A stretch of DNA of 64,000 nucleotides from Thermodesulfobium acidiphilum (GCF_003057965.1 NZ_CP020921.1:1042916-1106915), one strand, 5' to 3'. Counted from the first letter of the stretch, positions 51,059 through 62,053 are shown. Numbers and translations: made by a program. Notes: a model not told the origin generated them from the letters alone.

Positions 51059-51928
51059 TCAATTTCTCCCACAAGATAAATATTTTTGTGCGTTATAAGA
51101 GCTTCTTACATACGGAGCGCTTTCTACATGTTTAAAACCAAAACTTCTTGCAATCTCCCCAATTTCTTCAAATTTGTCTGGATGAACATATTCATAAACA
51201 TCAATATTCTTTAAGCTAGGCCTTAAATATTGTCCTATACTAATAAAATCACACTTAATTTTTATAAGTTTATCAAAAAGTTCCTTCAATTCATCCATCG
51301 TTTCCCCTAACCCAAGCATTATACCTGTCTTTGTAAAAATATTTTGAGATAATTTTTTAGCATTTTCTAATACATATAAAGACGTTTCAAATGAAGCACC
51401 CTTTCTAATGGCGTAAAGTCTTGGAACAGTTTCCAGATTATGGCCAAAAATCTCAGGCTTTAAGTCAATTACTGTTTTAATCGAATCAATATTTCCCTTG
51501 AAATCTGGTACTAAAACTTCGATTGTAACATCTGGAATAAGATTTCTTATAGCCTTAATAGTATTAGCAAAGTGAAGGGCTCCGCCATCAAAAACATCAT
51601 CTCTAGTAGGGGATGTGATTATCACATGAGAAAGATTCAATCTTTCTACGGCCTGAGCTAATCTTTCTGGTTCATATGGATCTAATGGTTTTAATAAATT
51701 TTTATCTTTAGCTTTTTTCACATTACAAAATTCACAAGATCTCGTACACACATCACCCATTATTAGAAAAGTAGCATGTCTATTACTAAAACATTCTGAT
51801 ATATTAGGACATCTTGCTTCTTCACAAACAGTATTTAACTCTAAGTCTTTTAACAAGGTTCTTGTATAATTCTCTGTTCTTTGACAAACTCTCTTATGAA
51901 GCCACACAGGTTTCTTTTTCAATACCAT
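51059..51928 (-). CDS. lipA: Lipoyl synthase
   Basis: TVCEEARCPNISEC, CTRSCEFC, HNLETVPRL, VRSSY. Confidence 0.97.
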   Translation of the reverse strand: MVLKKKPVWLHKRVCQRTENYTRTLLKDLELNTVCEEARCPNISECFSNRHATFLIMGDVCTRSCEFCNVKKAKDKNLLKPLDPYEPERLAQAVERLNLSHVIITSPTRDDVFDGGALHFANTIKAIRNLIPDVTIEVLVPDFKGNIDSIKTVIDLKPEIFGHNLETVPRLYAIRKGASFETSLYVLENAKKLSQNIFTKTGIMLGLGETMDELKELFDKLIKIKCDFISIGQYLRPSLKNIDVYEYVHPDKFEEIGEIARSFGFKHVESAPYVRSSYNAQKYLSCGRN

Positions 51929-52682
51929 CCCTATTCCAACTTTCAGATAAATATTTTTTCTCTCTTAAAAGTGAGACAAGCTTAATTTCTTCTTTTGTAA
52001 GCTCGCAAAAATCTAAATCAACCTTCATTTCCTTGCTAAAAAATGTGGCAAGACCTTTGAGTGCAGTTTCATAAGAAATATCATGAACCCAATCTTGTAG
52101 TGAATTTCCATGTTCATAAGGTTTAGAAAGATTTTTTCTACTCTTTACTGGAATAGAGCCATGTTGGAATATTACATCGTGAGAACGCTTTTGTGCATTT
52201 CCACCAACTTTTTGTCCATCTATTAAAATATCATATTTTTCTTTTCCTTGATAACACAATATTGGATTTTTATCTGATTCAGTGCTCTCACATTCACATG
52301 CCCATTTAGCATTCAGATGTAAAGAATTGTAAAATTCTAATACAAAGGAGGTTAACTTTTTATAGGAGTCAATTACAGACAAATTACCTAAGTGTTCTTG
52401 AGAGCAAACAATAGAGTATGAGATTTCTTCATAATGATACAAGGCATTCCCCCCCGTCAACCTCCTAATGAAAAATTCTTCTTCCTGAGACAAAAAAACC
52501 TTGTTAATATCAGATATTTTTTGAAACCTCCCCACCGAAAGAACCGAAGGATACCAAAAATAAAATCTTATTACAGGTTCTCTTTTCTTCAAGAAGGTTA
52601 AATATAAAGCTTCGTCAATGGCCATATTGTAATCGCCACTTAATGGAGACGAAACTATAAATCTAAACCTCCTGCCAGACAA
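51894..52682 (-). CDS. Lipoate-protein ligase / octanoyltransferase (LipM/LplA-like)
   Basis: NMAIDEAL, RRLTGGNALYH, KVGGNAQ, FQHGSI. Confidence 0.88.
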   Translation of the reverse strand: MSGRRFRFIVSSPLSGDYNMAIDEALYLTFLKKREPVIRFYFWYPSVLSVGRFQKISDINKVFLSQEEEFFIRRLTGGNALYHYEEISYSIVCSQEHLGNLSVIDSYKKLTSFVLEFYNSLHLNAKWACECESTESDKNPILCYQGKEKYDILIDGQKVGGNAQKRSHDVIFQHGSIPVKSRKNLSKPYEHGNSLQDWVHDISYETALKGLATFFSKEMKVDLDFCELTKEEIKLVSLLREKKYLSESWNRDGIEKETCVAS

Positions 52683-52768
52683 CTTAATTCCCTTCCTTCT
52701 TAAAAAATAAGATATATAAATTATACTTTTTTATTAAATCTTTAATATTATACAGCTTATTCCAAAAT

Positions 52769-54208
52769 TCATAGTCTAGCCTTGACAATCAAATCTTTAG
52801 CAGCCTTTGTTTCATCTGGTCTTGAAATGACAGTTGTTTTAGGAAACTCTTTAAAGGCTTCAGGATTTTGTTCTGCCAATTTAACTGCATCTATAATAGC
52901 ATCTACGAATTTATCAAGAGTTTCCATAGATTCGGTTTCAGTTGGTTCAATCATAAAGGCTTCCTTTACTATCAATGGAAAATATATTGTAGGTGGGTGA
53001 AATCCCCTATCTATAAGGAACTTTGCAAAATCCAGAGCACTTGCGCCTTTTTTAGCCATTTCAGAAAGAGAAAATACACATTCGTGCATACAAGTTCTAT
53101 CATACGGAAGTTTCAAATAATTTTTAAGTCTATTCATTACGTAATTTGCATTTAATACTGCCATTTCTGCAGAATATTTTATTCCATCAGTCCCAAGAAG
53201 TTTAATATATAGATATGCCTTTAAGATAACAGCAAAGTTTCCAAAGAATGATGAAACATGTCCAATTGATTTATCTGAATTTGATACTACAACTAGAGAA
53301 TCATCTTCTCTTTTTACTCTAGGAATAGGGAGAAAATCTTCAAGAAATTTCTTAACTCCTACAGGCCCAGCTCCAGGACCTCCGCCACCATGAGGAGTAC
53401 CAAAAGTCTTGTGCACATTTACGTGGATAACGTCAAATCCAAGATCACCAGGTCTGACTTTGCCCATAATTGCGTTAAGGTTAGCACCATCATAGTACAT
53501 TAATGCTCCTACAGAATGAGCTAAATCGGAAATCTCTTTTATGTTTTTCTCAAACAAACCTAAAGTATTAGGACATGTCATCATTACTGCAGCCACATCT
53601 GTATCAAGATGTTTTTTTAACTCATCTACATCCATTTCCCCTTCGCTATTTGAAGGTATTGTAACTACTTCATAGCCTACCATAGATGCACTTGCAGGAT
53701 TTGTGCCGTGTGAAGAATCAGGCACAATAACCTTGGTTCTCTTCGAGTTTTTTGATTTGTGATAACTAGAAATAATCATAATACCAGTTAATTCACCGTG
53801 AGCTCCAGCCATCGGACTAGTAGTAGCACAGTCCATTCCAGTTATCTCACATAATATGTCCTGAAAATCTGAAATAAGCTCAAGAGCACCTTTACACCTA
53901 TTAATACTATCTGGCAAAATAGACAAAAAAGGATGGAGATTTAGAAATTCAGGAATATTCGAAGCTTTTTCCAAAATTTTTGGATTGTATTTCATGGTAC
54001 AAGAACCCAACGGATAAAATTGAGTATCCACAGAAAAATTTAATCTGGAAAGATTAATAAAATGTCTTATAAGATCTAACTCTGATATCTCAGGCAAATT
54101 AAGTTCTGAGCGACAAAGCTCATCAGGAAAATTCTTTAAATTTACATCTAATTTAGGCAAATTAAAAGACTTTCTGCCACTCTTTGATTCCTCAAATATC
54201 AATTTCAT
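52769..54208 (-). CDS. gcvPB: Glycine dehydrogenase subunit 2
   Basis: YPLGSCTMKYNP, AGAHGELTG, HGTNPASA, NVHKTFGTPHGGGGPG, IEPTETES; ATG 54208 overlaps the gcvPA stop (ATGA). Confidence 0.95.
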   Translation of the reverse strand: MKLIFEESKSGRKSFNLPKLDVNLKNFPDELCRSELNLPEISELDLIRHFINLSRLNFSVDTQFYPLGSCTMKYNPKILEKASNIPEFLNLHPFLSILPDSINRCKGALELISDFQDILCEITGMDCATTSPMAGAHGELTGIMIISSYHKSKNSKRTKVIVPDSSHGTNPASASMVGYEVVTIPSNSEGEMDVDELKKHLDTDVAAVMMTCPNTLGLFEKNIKEISDLAHSVGALMYYDGANLNAIMGKVRPGDLGFDVIHVNVHKTFGTPHGGGGPGAGPVGVKKFLEDFLPIPRVKREDDSLVVVSNSDKSIGHVSSFFGNFAVILKAYLYIKLLGTDGIKYSAEMAVLNANYVMNRLKNYLKLPYDRTCMHECVFSLSEMAKKGASALDFAKFLIDRGFHPPTIYFPLIVKEAFMIEPTETESMETLDKFVDAIIDAVKLAEQNPEAFKEFPKTTVISRPDETKAAKDLIVKARL

Positions 54209-55527
54209 AATATGGCCTCCAAAATAGAACATACATTATCAATGTTATACTTTGACATCTTTTCAGTTACATTTATCAAAATATCATTTTCTGAACCACC
54301 AAACAGATACAATGGGATTCCAAAGGCAATATTTTTTGATAATAATGTTGAAAAAATCTCTTTAGCAGGTCTATTAAATTTAACAACAAATTCGTTAAAA
54401 GTAGTTGCATTATTCTTTATAACCAACCCTATCTCTATCAACTTTTTCTTCATGTATTCACTTTTACTAAAATTTATCAGAGCCAATTCCTTTAAGCCGC
54501 TCTTTCCAAGAGAACAAAGGTAAACCAAAGCTCTTAAAGCACAAAGGCCCTCGTTAGAGCATATATTAGACGTCGCACGATGTCTTTTTATGTGTTGTTC
54601 TCTAGCCTGAAGAGTTAAAACATAAGCTCTTTTGTTATTTCTGTCTAATGTTTCACCCACAATCCTGCCAGGCATATTTCTAATGTACACCTTTTTGGTT
54701 ACCAAAAAACCAAAATATGGCCCTCCAAATGAAAGCGGATTGCCAAGTGATTGTCCTTCACCAGTTGCAATATCTACTCCCATCTTACCTGGCGTTTTTA
54801 CAATTCCTAAAGAAATAGGATATACGCTTGATACAGCCAAAATATTCTTTTCATGAGCAAAATTTATAAGATCAGTCCAATCATGAACACTCCCATAAAA
54901 AGTTGGATTCTGGAAAACAAAACAAGCCACATTAGAGTCAAGCAAAGACTTTATTTTTCCAAAATCTGGCTCAATTTCTTCTGTCTCAACTTCAATTAAT
55001 TCGTATGGCAAGAATTTTAAATACGTCTTGACTATGTTTCTATATATTGGGTTAACGCTTTTGTCCATTATTATCTTTTCTCTTTTGGTGATTCTTAGAG
55101 ACATCAAAACAGCTTCAGCAAGAGCAGTTCCACCATCGTAGAGAGATGCATTCGTCACTTCAAGGTCAGTCAGGTTACAAATAGCAGTCTGATACTCAAA
55201 CAGCGATTGTAAAGTTCCCTGAGAACATTCTGGTTGGTAGGGTGTATAGGCAGTATAGAATTCAGATCTCGATGCAACAAAATCAACTACACTAGGAATT
55301 ATGTGATCATAGAATCCTGCACCTAAAAAGTGATATGATAACAAATTATTTTTTCTAGCCAGGTTTAAAATAAGATTGTATCCTTCATATTCAGAAATCC
55401 CTTTGCCCAATTTTTTGAAATCAATTTCTTCAACTGGGAGCTCTTTGAATAAATCATCTACTTCATTTACATTACAAACAGAACACATTTCCCTTATATC
55501 TTCAGGTGTATGTGGACAAAAATTCAT
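54205..55527 (-). CDS. gcvPA: Glycine dehydrogenase subunit 1
   Basis: FLGAGFYDH, TAYTPYQPECSQG, NASLYDG, LQAREQHIKR..ATSNICSN. Confidence 0.95.
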   Translation of the reverse strand: MNFCPHTPEDIREMCSVCNVNEVDDLFKELPVEEIDFKKLGKGISEYEGYNLILNLARKNNLLSYHFLGAGFYDHIIPSVVDFVASRSEFYTAYTPYQPECSQGTLQSLFEYQTAICNLTDLEVTNASLYDGGTALAEAVLMSLRITKREKIIMDKSVNPIYRNIVKTYLKFLPYELIEVETEEIEPDFGKIKSLLDSNVACFVFQNPTFYGSVHDWTDLINFAHEKNILAVSSVYPISLGIVKTPGKMGVDIATGEGQSLGNPLSFGGPYFGFLVTKKVYIRNMPGRIVGETLDRNNKRAYVLTLQAREQHIKRHRATSNICSNEGLCALRALVYLCSLGKSGLKELALINFSKSEYMKKKLIEIGLVIKNNATTFNEFVVKFNRPAKEIFSTLLSKNIAFGIPLYLFGGSENDILINVTEKMSKYNIDNVCSILEAIL

Positions 55528-55529
55528 TT

Positions 55530-55904
55530 TTAGTCCAGCTCCTTAATATAATTTTCATATGATGCCTTATCCATAAGATTTTTAAGCTCACTGGTGTCAG
55601 AAATTTCCACCTTAACTATCCAACCTTCTTCTTCTGGACTCTTATTTATAATTTCAGGTTCATTTTCCAACCTACTATTCACTTCAATTATCTTCCCGCT
55701 TACAGGAGCATATACATCGCTAGCTGCCTTTACTGACTCAATAGTACAGAATATACTAAACTGTTTGATTTCAGTACCAACTTCCGGCAATTCAACGTAA
55801 GTAATGTCTCCCAACTGATGCTGTGCGTAATCTGTAATACCAACTATTCCTACATTGTTATCTATCTCTAACCACTCGTGATCTTTTGAATAATATCTTG
55901 ACAC
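55530..55904 (-). CDS. gcvH: Glycine cleavage H protein
   Basis: YSKDHEW, GITDYAQHQLGD, IESVKAASD (lipoyl-Lys). Confidence 0.97.
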   Translation of the reverse strand: MSRYYSKDHEWLEIDNNVGIVGITDYAQHQLGDITYVELPEVGTEIKQFSIFCTIESVKAASDVYAPVSGKIIEVNSRLENEPEIINKSPEEEGWIVKVEISDTSELKNLMDKASYENYIKELD

Positions 55905-55936
55905 AGATACTCCTCCTTTAAAGTATTAATTTTATT

Positions 55937-57028
55937 TTATTTTCTAAGAGATCCATTTTTATAAAACGGTATCTTTTCAATAACAGCTTTAATTTTTACC
56001 CTATCTTGAGACAATTCTAAAGCTGTGTTCTCACTGCTATATTGTGGTTTAACATAGCCCATACCAATCCCTTTACCTAGTGATGGAGAAAAACCTCCAC
56101 TAGTAACATATCCAATGTCCATACCATCTTTAAATATCCTGTAATTGTGTCTAGGAGCCCTTCTACTATCACAAACAAAGCCTACTCTTATTTTTTCTAA
56201 ATTAGCTTCTTTTTGTTTCAAAAGAGCTTCCTTACCCACAAAATCTTTATCAAAGTGAACAAAATAGGAGAGATCGGCCTCTAATGGTGTAGTGTCTTCA
56301 TCAAGATCATTGCCATACAAAGGATAACCCATTTCAAGTCTTAACAAATCTCTTGCACCAAGTCCAGCAGGCTTTATTTTTTCATCTTTAAGTAAATCGT
56401 TCCAAACATCAACACAAATAATTGATGGCATATATATCTCAAAACCAAGTTCTCCAGTATATCCAGTTCTTGAGAGTATCACTTCTTGATCCATAAGACT
56501 GCTTTTGGTAAAAGAAAAATATTTTAATTCATCAATAATCCCTGGGAAATATTTTCTTAATAGATCTCTCGAAAAAGGCCCTTGAACGTCAAGCTTTGAG
56601 GTAGTTTCAGACCTATCTTCAAAAACAAAATTACCCTTTAAAACGCTTTTTATAACATTAAAATCGTTATCCTTTGTCCCAGCATTCACTACCATCATAA
56701 GCTCATCAGCGCTTAATCTGTAAACAATACAATCATCTACAATTCCTCCTCTTTCATTCAAAATTAGGCCATATCTGCACTTTCCTACATTAATAGTGCC
56801 AATTTTAAACGAAAAAGCCATCTCAATATTTGTATTTACCAAATCACCCTTAAAGTAAAATTCACCCATATGGCAGGTATCAAAAAGTGCAACGCTTTTT
56901 CTGCATTGCATGTGCTCTTCGATTATACTTTCATATTGAATTGGCATATTCCAACCACCAAAAGGTACCATTTTCGCTTTTAGCTTAATGTGCTCAGCCT
57001 CAAGCGGTGTCGATTTCAAATTCTGCAT
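55937..57028 (-). CDS. gcvT: Glycine cleavage aminomethyltransferase T
   Basis: FGGWNMPIQY, LFDTCHMGE, SRTGYTGELGFE, GLGARDLLRLEMG. Confidence 0.97.
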   Translation of the reverse strand: MQNLKSTPLEAEHIKLKAKMVPFGGWNMPIQYESIIEEHMQCRKSVALFDTCHMGEFYFKGDLVNTNIEMAFSFKIGTINVGKCRYGLILNERGGIVDDCIVYRLSADELMMVVNAGTKDNDFNVIKSVLKGNFVFEDRSETTSKLDVQGPFSRDLLRKYFPGIIDELKYFSFTKSSLMDQEVILSRTGYTGELGFEIYMPSIICVDVWNDLLKDEKIKPAGLGARDLLRLEMGYPLYGNDLDEDTTPLEADLSYFVHFDKDFVGKEALLKQKEANLEKIRVGFVCDSRRAPRHNYRIFKDGMDIGYVTSGGFSPSLGKGIGMGYVKPQYSSENTALELSQDRVKIKAVIEKIPFYKNGSLRK

Positions 57029-57040
57029 CGTTTCACCTTC

Positions 57041-57631
57041 CTACTTTCTTAAAATTTGTTTTAAGTTTTCACTTAAATCTCTAAGCGCGTTGCCTCTATG
57101 ACTTATCTTTTCTTTTTCTTCAAGCGAGAGTTCAGCCATACTTTTCTTGTATCCTAAAGGGATAAAGATCGGATCATATCCAAAGCCATTTTCACCCTTT
57201 GGTTCGAACCCTATATGGCCTTCACAAACTCCCTGTACCTGACAAATAACCTTTTTTTCGTAAAGAACAAAACAAGCTTTAAATCTCGCAGTTCTCTTTT
57301 CAAAAGGCAAATCCCCAAGAAGTTTTAATATGCCCATGCACTTTTCCAAATCTGTTACATCGCCAAAAAACCTTGATGATAAAACGCCTGGCTTTTTGTC
57401 TAACGCATCAACTTCAAGACCAGAATCGTCAGCCAATGAAGCAATATTAGTAGCCTCATAAAACGCTCTGGCTTTTATCAAAGCATTTTCACAAAACGTA
57501 GAACCCGTTTCTTCCGGTTCAATAAAACAATTTATTTCTGAAGGTAGTATAAAGTTCAAGCTATATTTGGATAAAACGTTCACAATTTCTCTTATTTTGT
57601 TTTTATTATTAGTAGCAAGAAGTAATTTCAT
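57041..57631 (-). CDS. rdgB: Non-canonical purine NTP pyrophosphatase (RdgB/HAM1)
   Basis: ATNNKNKIRE, ENALIKA, ADDSGLEVDAL, GFGYDPIF, ISHRG. Confidence 0.95.
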   Translation of the reverse strand: MKLLLATNNKNKIREIVNVLSKYSLNFILPSEINCFIEPEETGSTFCENALIKARAFYEATNIASLADDSGLEVDALDKKPGVLSSRFFGDVTDLEKCMGILKLLGDLPFEKRTARFKACFVLYEKKVICQVQGVCEGHIGFEPKGENGFGYDPIFIPLGYKKSMAELSLEEKEKISHRGNALRDLSENLKQILRK

Positions 57632-58077
57632 AAATTCATTTTTGTATCAAAAATAATTGTTACAGGACCATCATTTACAAGAGATACCTTCATGTGCTCA
57701 CCGAAAAATCCTTTCCTTACAACAACTTTTTCTTTTAAAACGTTAAACATGTATTCAAAAAGTTCATTTGCCCTGTTTGGGTTCTCAGATCTTTCAAAAC
57801 TAGGCCTTAAACCCTTTGAAGTATTAGCAAGCAACGTAAATTGTGGCACAATCAAAAGCTCACCCTTTATGTCAAGAAGAGAAAGATCCAAAGGCATCTT
57901 CTCAGATTGAAAAAGCCTTAATTTACATATTTTTTCACAAAAAAGTGAAACTTCTTCCTCTTTATCATCCTTTTCAAAATTTACTAACAAAGTTAGACCT
58001 CTGCTTATCGAGGAATATAAATTTTTTTCGCTTACACTAACGCTTGCACTTAACACTCTTTGTGCAACAACCCTCAA
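57628..58077 (-). CDS. dtd: D-aminoacyl-tRNA deacylase
   Basis: MRVVAQRV, QFTL, RPSF, NDGPVTI. Confidence 0.93.
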   Translation of the reverse strand: MRVVAQRVLSASVSVSEKNLYSSISRGLTLLVNFEKDDKEEEVSLFCEKICKLRLFQSEKMPLDLSLLDIKGELLIVPQFTLLANTSKGLRPSFERSENPNRANELFEYMFNVLKEKVVVRKGFFGEHMKVSLVNDGPVTIIFDTKMNL

Positions 58078-58128
58078 AACTTACCACTTCCCCCTTGTTG
58101 TTCAAAATTTCTCAATAACTTTTTTTGT

Positions 58129-59049
58129 CTAATTAGTTTTATGAGCAAGAGAAACAAGATCTTCTACTCCCTTCAGGTTATTTTCTGATAAAAACCTTTT
58201 AATCCCAATAGAAATCTCATCCAACAAATCTGGATTGTTATAATAGCTTGAACCAATTCCTATATAATTTGCTCCAGCCATAAACATTTCTATAGCAGAT
58301 TCAACAGAATATACTCCACCAACGCCTATAATAGGTAACTTAGAAGCCTTTCTCAAATCCCATACACATTTGAGAGAAATAGGTAAAAGTGCTGGACCCG
58401 ATAAACCACCGTGTATATTGCCTAAAGATGGTTTTTTTCTATTTATATCAATTCTCATTCCTGGCAAAGTATTAATTGCACAAAAGATATCTACACCCTC
58501 ACCCTCTAACGAAATTCCCATTTCCTTAAAATTAGAAAGTGGAGACAATTTTGCGATCAAAACCCTTTTCCATACTTTTCTTACCCTTTTGCAGACCTTA
58601 ATTGAATCCTTTACATTGGAGGAAAAAGTAATACCGGCATCTCTTAAATTTGGACAGGAAAGGTTTAATTCTAGAGCAATAACATCACTTTCGATTTCAG
58701 TTACTTTATCTGCTAGATACTCAAAGTCATCAACTGTTTCGCCAGATATACTAAATATCAGTGGACAATCTGAAAAAAATCTTTTTATAGTAGGAAAAAG
58801 TTTTAAATATTCATCTATACCAGGATTTTGAAGTCCAATAGAATTTAGCATCCCTGCAGGAGTTTCTATTATTCTTGGCGGTATATTTCCCTCTCTTTTT
58901 TTTGTAGTAGCGGTTTTTAAAGTAAAAGCACCAAATTTATTAAGTTCATAATCATAACTTACATCATACCCCAGACCAAATACTCCAGAAGGTGCTATAA
59001 AAGGATTTTTGAGAACATTATCACAAAAAACTACTTTTAAATTAGACAT
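58129..59049 (-). CDS. pyrD: Dihydroorotate dehydrogenase (family 1B catalytic subunit)
   Basis: MLNSIGLQNPG, ELNLSCPN, INT, GGLSGPAL, IIGVGG. Confidence 0.93.
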   Translation of the reverse strand: MSNLKVVFCDNVLKNPFIAPSGVFGLGYDVSYDYELNKFGAFTLKTATTKKREGNIPPRIIETPAGMLNSIGLQNPGIDEYLKLFPTIKRFFSDCPLIFSISGETVDDFEYLADKVTEIESDVIALELNLSCPNLRDAGITFSSNVKDSIKVCKRVRKVWKRVLIAKLSPLSNFKEMGISLEGEGVDIFCAINTLPGMRIDINRKKPSLGNIHGGLSGPALLPISLKCVWDLRKASKLPIIGVGGVYSVESAIEMFMAGANYIGIGSSYYNNPDLLDEISIGIKRFLSENNLKGVEDLVSLAHKTN

Positions 59050-59199
59050 AAAATACCCATTTCAAAATCAAATAAAACCCCTCAACATTTAAAATAAAAC
59101 CTACAAAAACAAGAACGTTAAAAAAAACTTTAAATATCAGTTCAACTATCTCCCTTTAAAATTCCCAAAAATATGTTAATTCAAAACTTTTATATCCTC

Positions 59200-59274
<75 letters not shown>

Positions 59275-59287
59275 AAGAATTTCTATG

Positions 59288-59554
59288 TTACTTATTTTTT
59301 GCTGCAGGACACTTTGTGCCTTCTATTGAGAGAGATCCCTCACCATTGGAGGAAGGTTTATTTATACTCTTTTTAGAATTAGCTGAATCTGTCACATAAA
59401 AACCAGAACCCTTAAACACTATAGGTACAGGCACAAAAATCTTTTCGGAAGGACTGCCACACTCAGGGCATAACACCTCCGATTCATCATTGATCGGTCG
59501 ATTTAGTTCAAATTTATTTCCACAACTCTTGCACTTATAAACATAAGTTGGCAT
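59288..59554 (-). CDS. FmdB-family zinc-ribbon protein
   Basis: MPTYVYKCKSCG...CPECG...IVFKGSGFYVTD; probable start is the second ATG given AAGGAGG spacing. Confidence 0.88.
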   Translation of the reverse strand: MPTYVYKCKSCGNKFELNRPINDESEVLCPECGSPSEKIFVPVPIVFKGSGFYVTDSANSKKSINKPSSNGEGSLSIEGTKCPAAKNK

Positions 59555-59777
59555 TTTCATCCCTCCTTAGATTTAAAATACAAAAAATATTATAAACTAA
59601 AAATTATTATTTGTTAATAAAAAATTTTATATAACTATTATCAATCTTTTCGACTCAATTTACAATTGAAATTAAATAAGAATTTTTTATTTTCAGACCA
59701 ATTTTTAGTATTAATTAATATATTAAAATAATCATAATATTAAATTACATTAAATTTATACTGAATTGGAGATAATT

Positions 59778-60365
59778 ATGAAAAAAATTATAAGTTCAGA
59801 CATAAATAGACAAGATAGACTTCCTCCAGGTCAAAGATGGATTGAAAAACCGATCGTGTATGACATAAAAAAGGTCCCAGAAGTAGATCTGCCCTCCTTT
59901 AGATTTAGAATATTTGGTTTTGTAGAAAGTGAATTGATAATGAGTTTTGATGAAATAAAAAAACTCGAACCTATAGAACTAATTGCCGATTTTCACTGCG
60001 TTACCACATGGAGCGTAAAAAATATATTATGGGAAGGAGTACAAACAAAAGAACTCATAAAGACATGCAGGCCAAAAGAGAACGCAAAATACGTTATAGT
60101 ACACTGCCGTGAAGGCTACACCACGAATTTTCCCTTAAGTTATCTTTTTGAAGAAGACTCTATAATCGCTTGGAAAATGAATTCTATGGCTATCCCGAGA
60201 TCAAATGGTTATCCATTGAGAATCGTAATACCAAAGCTGTATGCCTGGAAAAGTGCTAAATACGTGGAATCAATAGAATTAGTCGAACAAGATATCCCAG
60301 GATTTTGGGAAGAAAGAGGGTATCACATGAGAGGCAATCCATGGCTCGAAGAAAGATATCAATAA
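59778..60365 (+). CDS. Cytoplasmic sulfite-oxidase-like molybdopterin oxidoreductase (YuiH-like)
   Basis: RLPPGQ, DFHCVTTWS, GYPLRIVIPKLYAWKSAKY, GFWEERGYH..GNPW.EERY; no Tat signal. Confidence 0.9.
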   Translation: MKKIISSDINRQDRLPPGQRWIEKPIVYDIKKVPEVDLPSFRFRIFGFVESELIMSFDEIKKLEPIELIADFHCVTTWSVKNILWEGVQTKELIKTCRPKENAKYVIVHCREGYTTNFPLSYLFEEDSIIAWKMNSMAIPRSNGYPLRIVIPKLYAWKSAKYVESIELVEQDIPGFWEERGYHMRGNPWLEERYQ

Positions 60366-61970
60366 TCATTTAAAAAGGCTCGCAACTACCTGGACAATTC
60401 CCAACAGTGCTCCTATAGGAACCCCCAAGAGTTCTATTATCCTAAATTCCCTGTCCATTATACCAAAAACAAGGTTTTCCATTTCATCTACTGAAAAACT
60501 ATCTATTTTTTCTTTCACTATCAATTTTACATCTACATGGGATATCAAAAGAGATATCCAATCCTTAATATATACATACAACCTGTTAATTACATCCTTT
60601 AAAATTAGTTCAACATCTAATCCCATATTCTCAAAAAAGAGAACGATATTCCCAATTTTCTTCGAAAGGATGTATTCAACAATTACATGAACTTTTTTAT
60701 TCGCTTTATCAGAACTTAAAATCTCGTAAAGCCAGGTTTTAAAACTTTCTCTTTTAGAAAGATATAAATTTTTAAAATAAATTTTTTCTTTGTTTTCATC
60801 AAGATAATTTAGCAAACTAAATAAAACTTTTTCAAACACACTATAATTAAAACATTCTAAAATTTTTAGTTTATATATTTTAAGCCTTAAGTCATCAATA
60901 TTCGGTTCAAAAAAAATGAATACTTTTTCATAAAAAATGAAAAAGTTATTAGCTGTTATAATTTCATTTACCTTTTTGTTCATTAGATCATTTACACTTG
61001 ATTTTATGCCTTCAACAATAACTTCATTTGAAGTTATTTCATCTCTTAATGTAACAATAATTTTTTTAATCTTATCAGAAATATAATTTGGTGCAAAAGC
61101 ATTTGCATAGAAAAACAAAGCCTCTTCAACAATACCTTTTTTTGAAGCCCTAATTTCTTCTTCAATAAAAGATGCTACCTTTTCAACAAATTCATCATCG
61201 CTTAACTTCGTATGCAGCCAGCTAATAATAAAGTTTACTATTAGACTTGAACTGGGTATTATCTCGTTTAAACGCTTTTCTGATAGTTTAGAATAAAGTA
61301 CTTCTTGAAAATCATTTTGCAGATATTGCTTGATCTTTTTGAAAACCAGGTCAAGATTTTCATTTCCGAATACGTCAGCTAAAGTTTTTTCAACTAAAAG
61401 GTTGTCAAATTTTTCTTTTATTTCATCTCGCAAAGTTATTATTTCAGATCTTATTTTTTCTAAATCAACAAGCTTATTTAATGGATTAGATAATATCTTT
61501 AAAACAATAGAGTCTATAAAAAGCACTATATTGTTTAAATTTTTATCATATAATCTTACAATCATAGATCTAAATCTTGAAGATTTATCTTTAAAACATT
61601 CTTTTGCAGTTCCAAAATCATTATTTAATAAAGAATAAAGAAAATCTACCAGAGATTTTTTTATCCTTTCAGATTTATTTTCAAGCATGTTTAAAATGGA
61701 ATTGTGATTTATTAATTCCTTTTCAACTACATTTGAAAGTCTTTCACTTATTTCAAATTTTGATTTTGGTACTATTCCCTGATAACCAAATCTCTTTTTT
61801 TTTGGATTAAATATCATCCATACAGCAACAACGTTAGTAACGTATCCTACAAGAGCACCAAGAAAGATTGGCATTATGAGTAAAAAAAGTTCAAATTTAA
61901 ATAAATTCCCAAAAATAAATAAAAGAATATATGGAATTAATAAAGAAAAAAATACTCTATCAAATTTCAA
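60366..61970 (-). CDS. DUF445-family membrane-anchored protein
   Basis: GALVGYVTNVVAVWMIFNP...QGIVPK and C-terminal EFRIIELLG...GALLGIVQ; probable start TTG 61970. Confidence 0.8.
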   Translation of the reverse strand: MKFDRVFFSLLIPYILLFIFGNLFKFELFLLIMPIFLGALVGYVTNVVAVWMIFNPKKKRFGYQGIVPKSKFEISERLSNVVEKELINHNSILNMLENKSERIKKSLVDFLYSLLNNDFGTAKECFKDKSSRFRSMIVRLYDKNLNNIVLFIDSIVLKILSNPLNKLVDLEKIRSEIITLRDEIKEKFDNLLVEKTLADVFGNENLDLVFKKIKQYLQNDFQEVLYSKLSEKRLNEIIPSSSLIVNFIISWLHTKLSDDEFVEKVASFIEEEIRASKKGIVEEALFFYANAFAPNYISDKIKKIIVTLRDEITSNEVIVEGIKSSVNDLMNKKVNEIITANNFFIFYEKVFIFFEPNIDDLRLKIYKLKILECFNYSVFEKVLFSLLNYLDENKEKIYFKNLYLSKRESFKTWLYEILSSDKANKKVHVIVEYILSKKIGNIVLFFENMGLDVELILKDVINRLYVYIKDWISLLISHVDVKLIVKEKIDSFSVDEMENLVFGIMDREFRIIELLGVPIGALLGIVQVVASLFK

Positions 61971-62053
61971 ACTATCACCCTTAATAAAATTGATTAAAAG
62001 CAATTTTAAATATAACATATATGGTATAAATATTTAAATTTTAGGAGTATATA

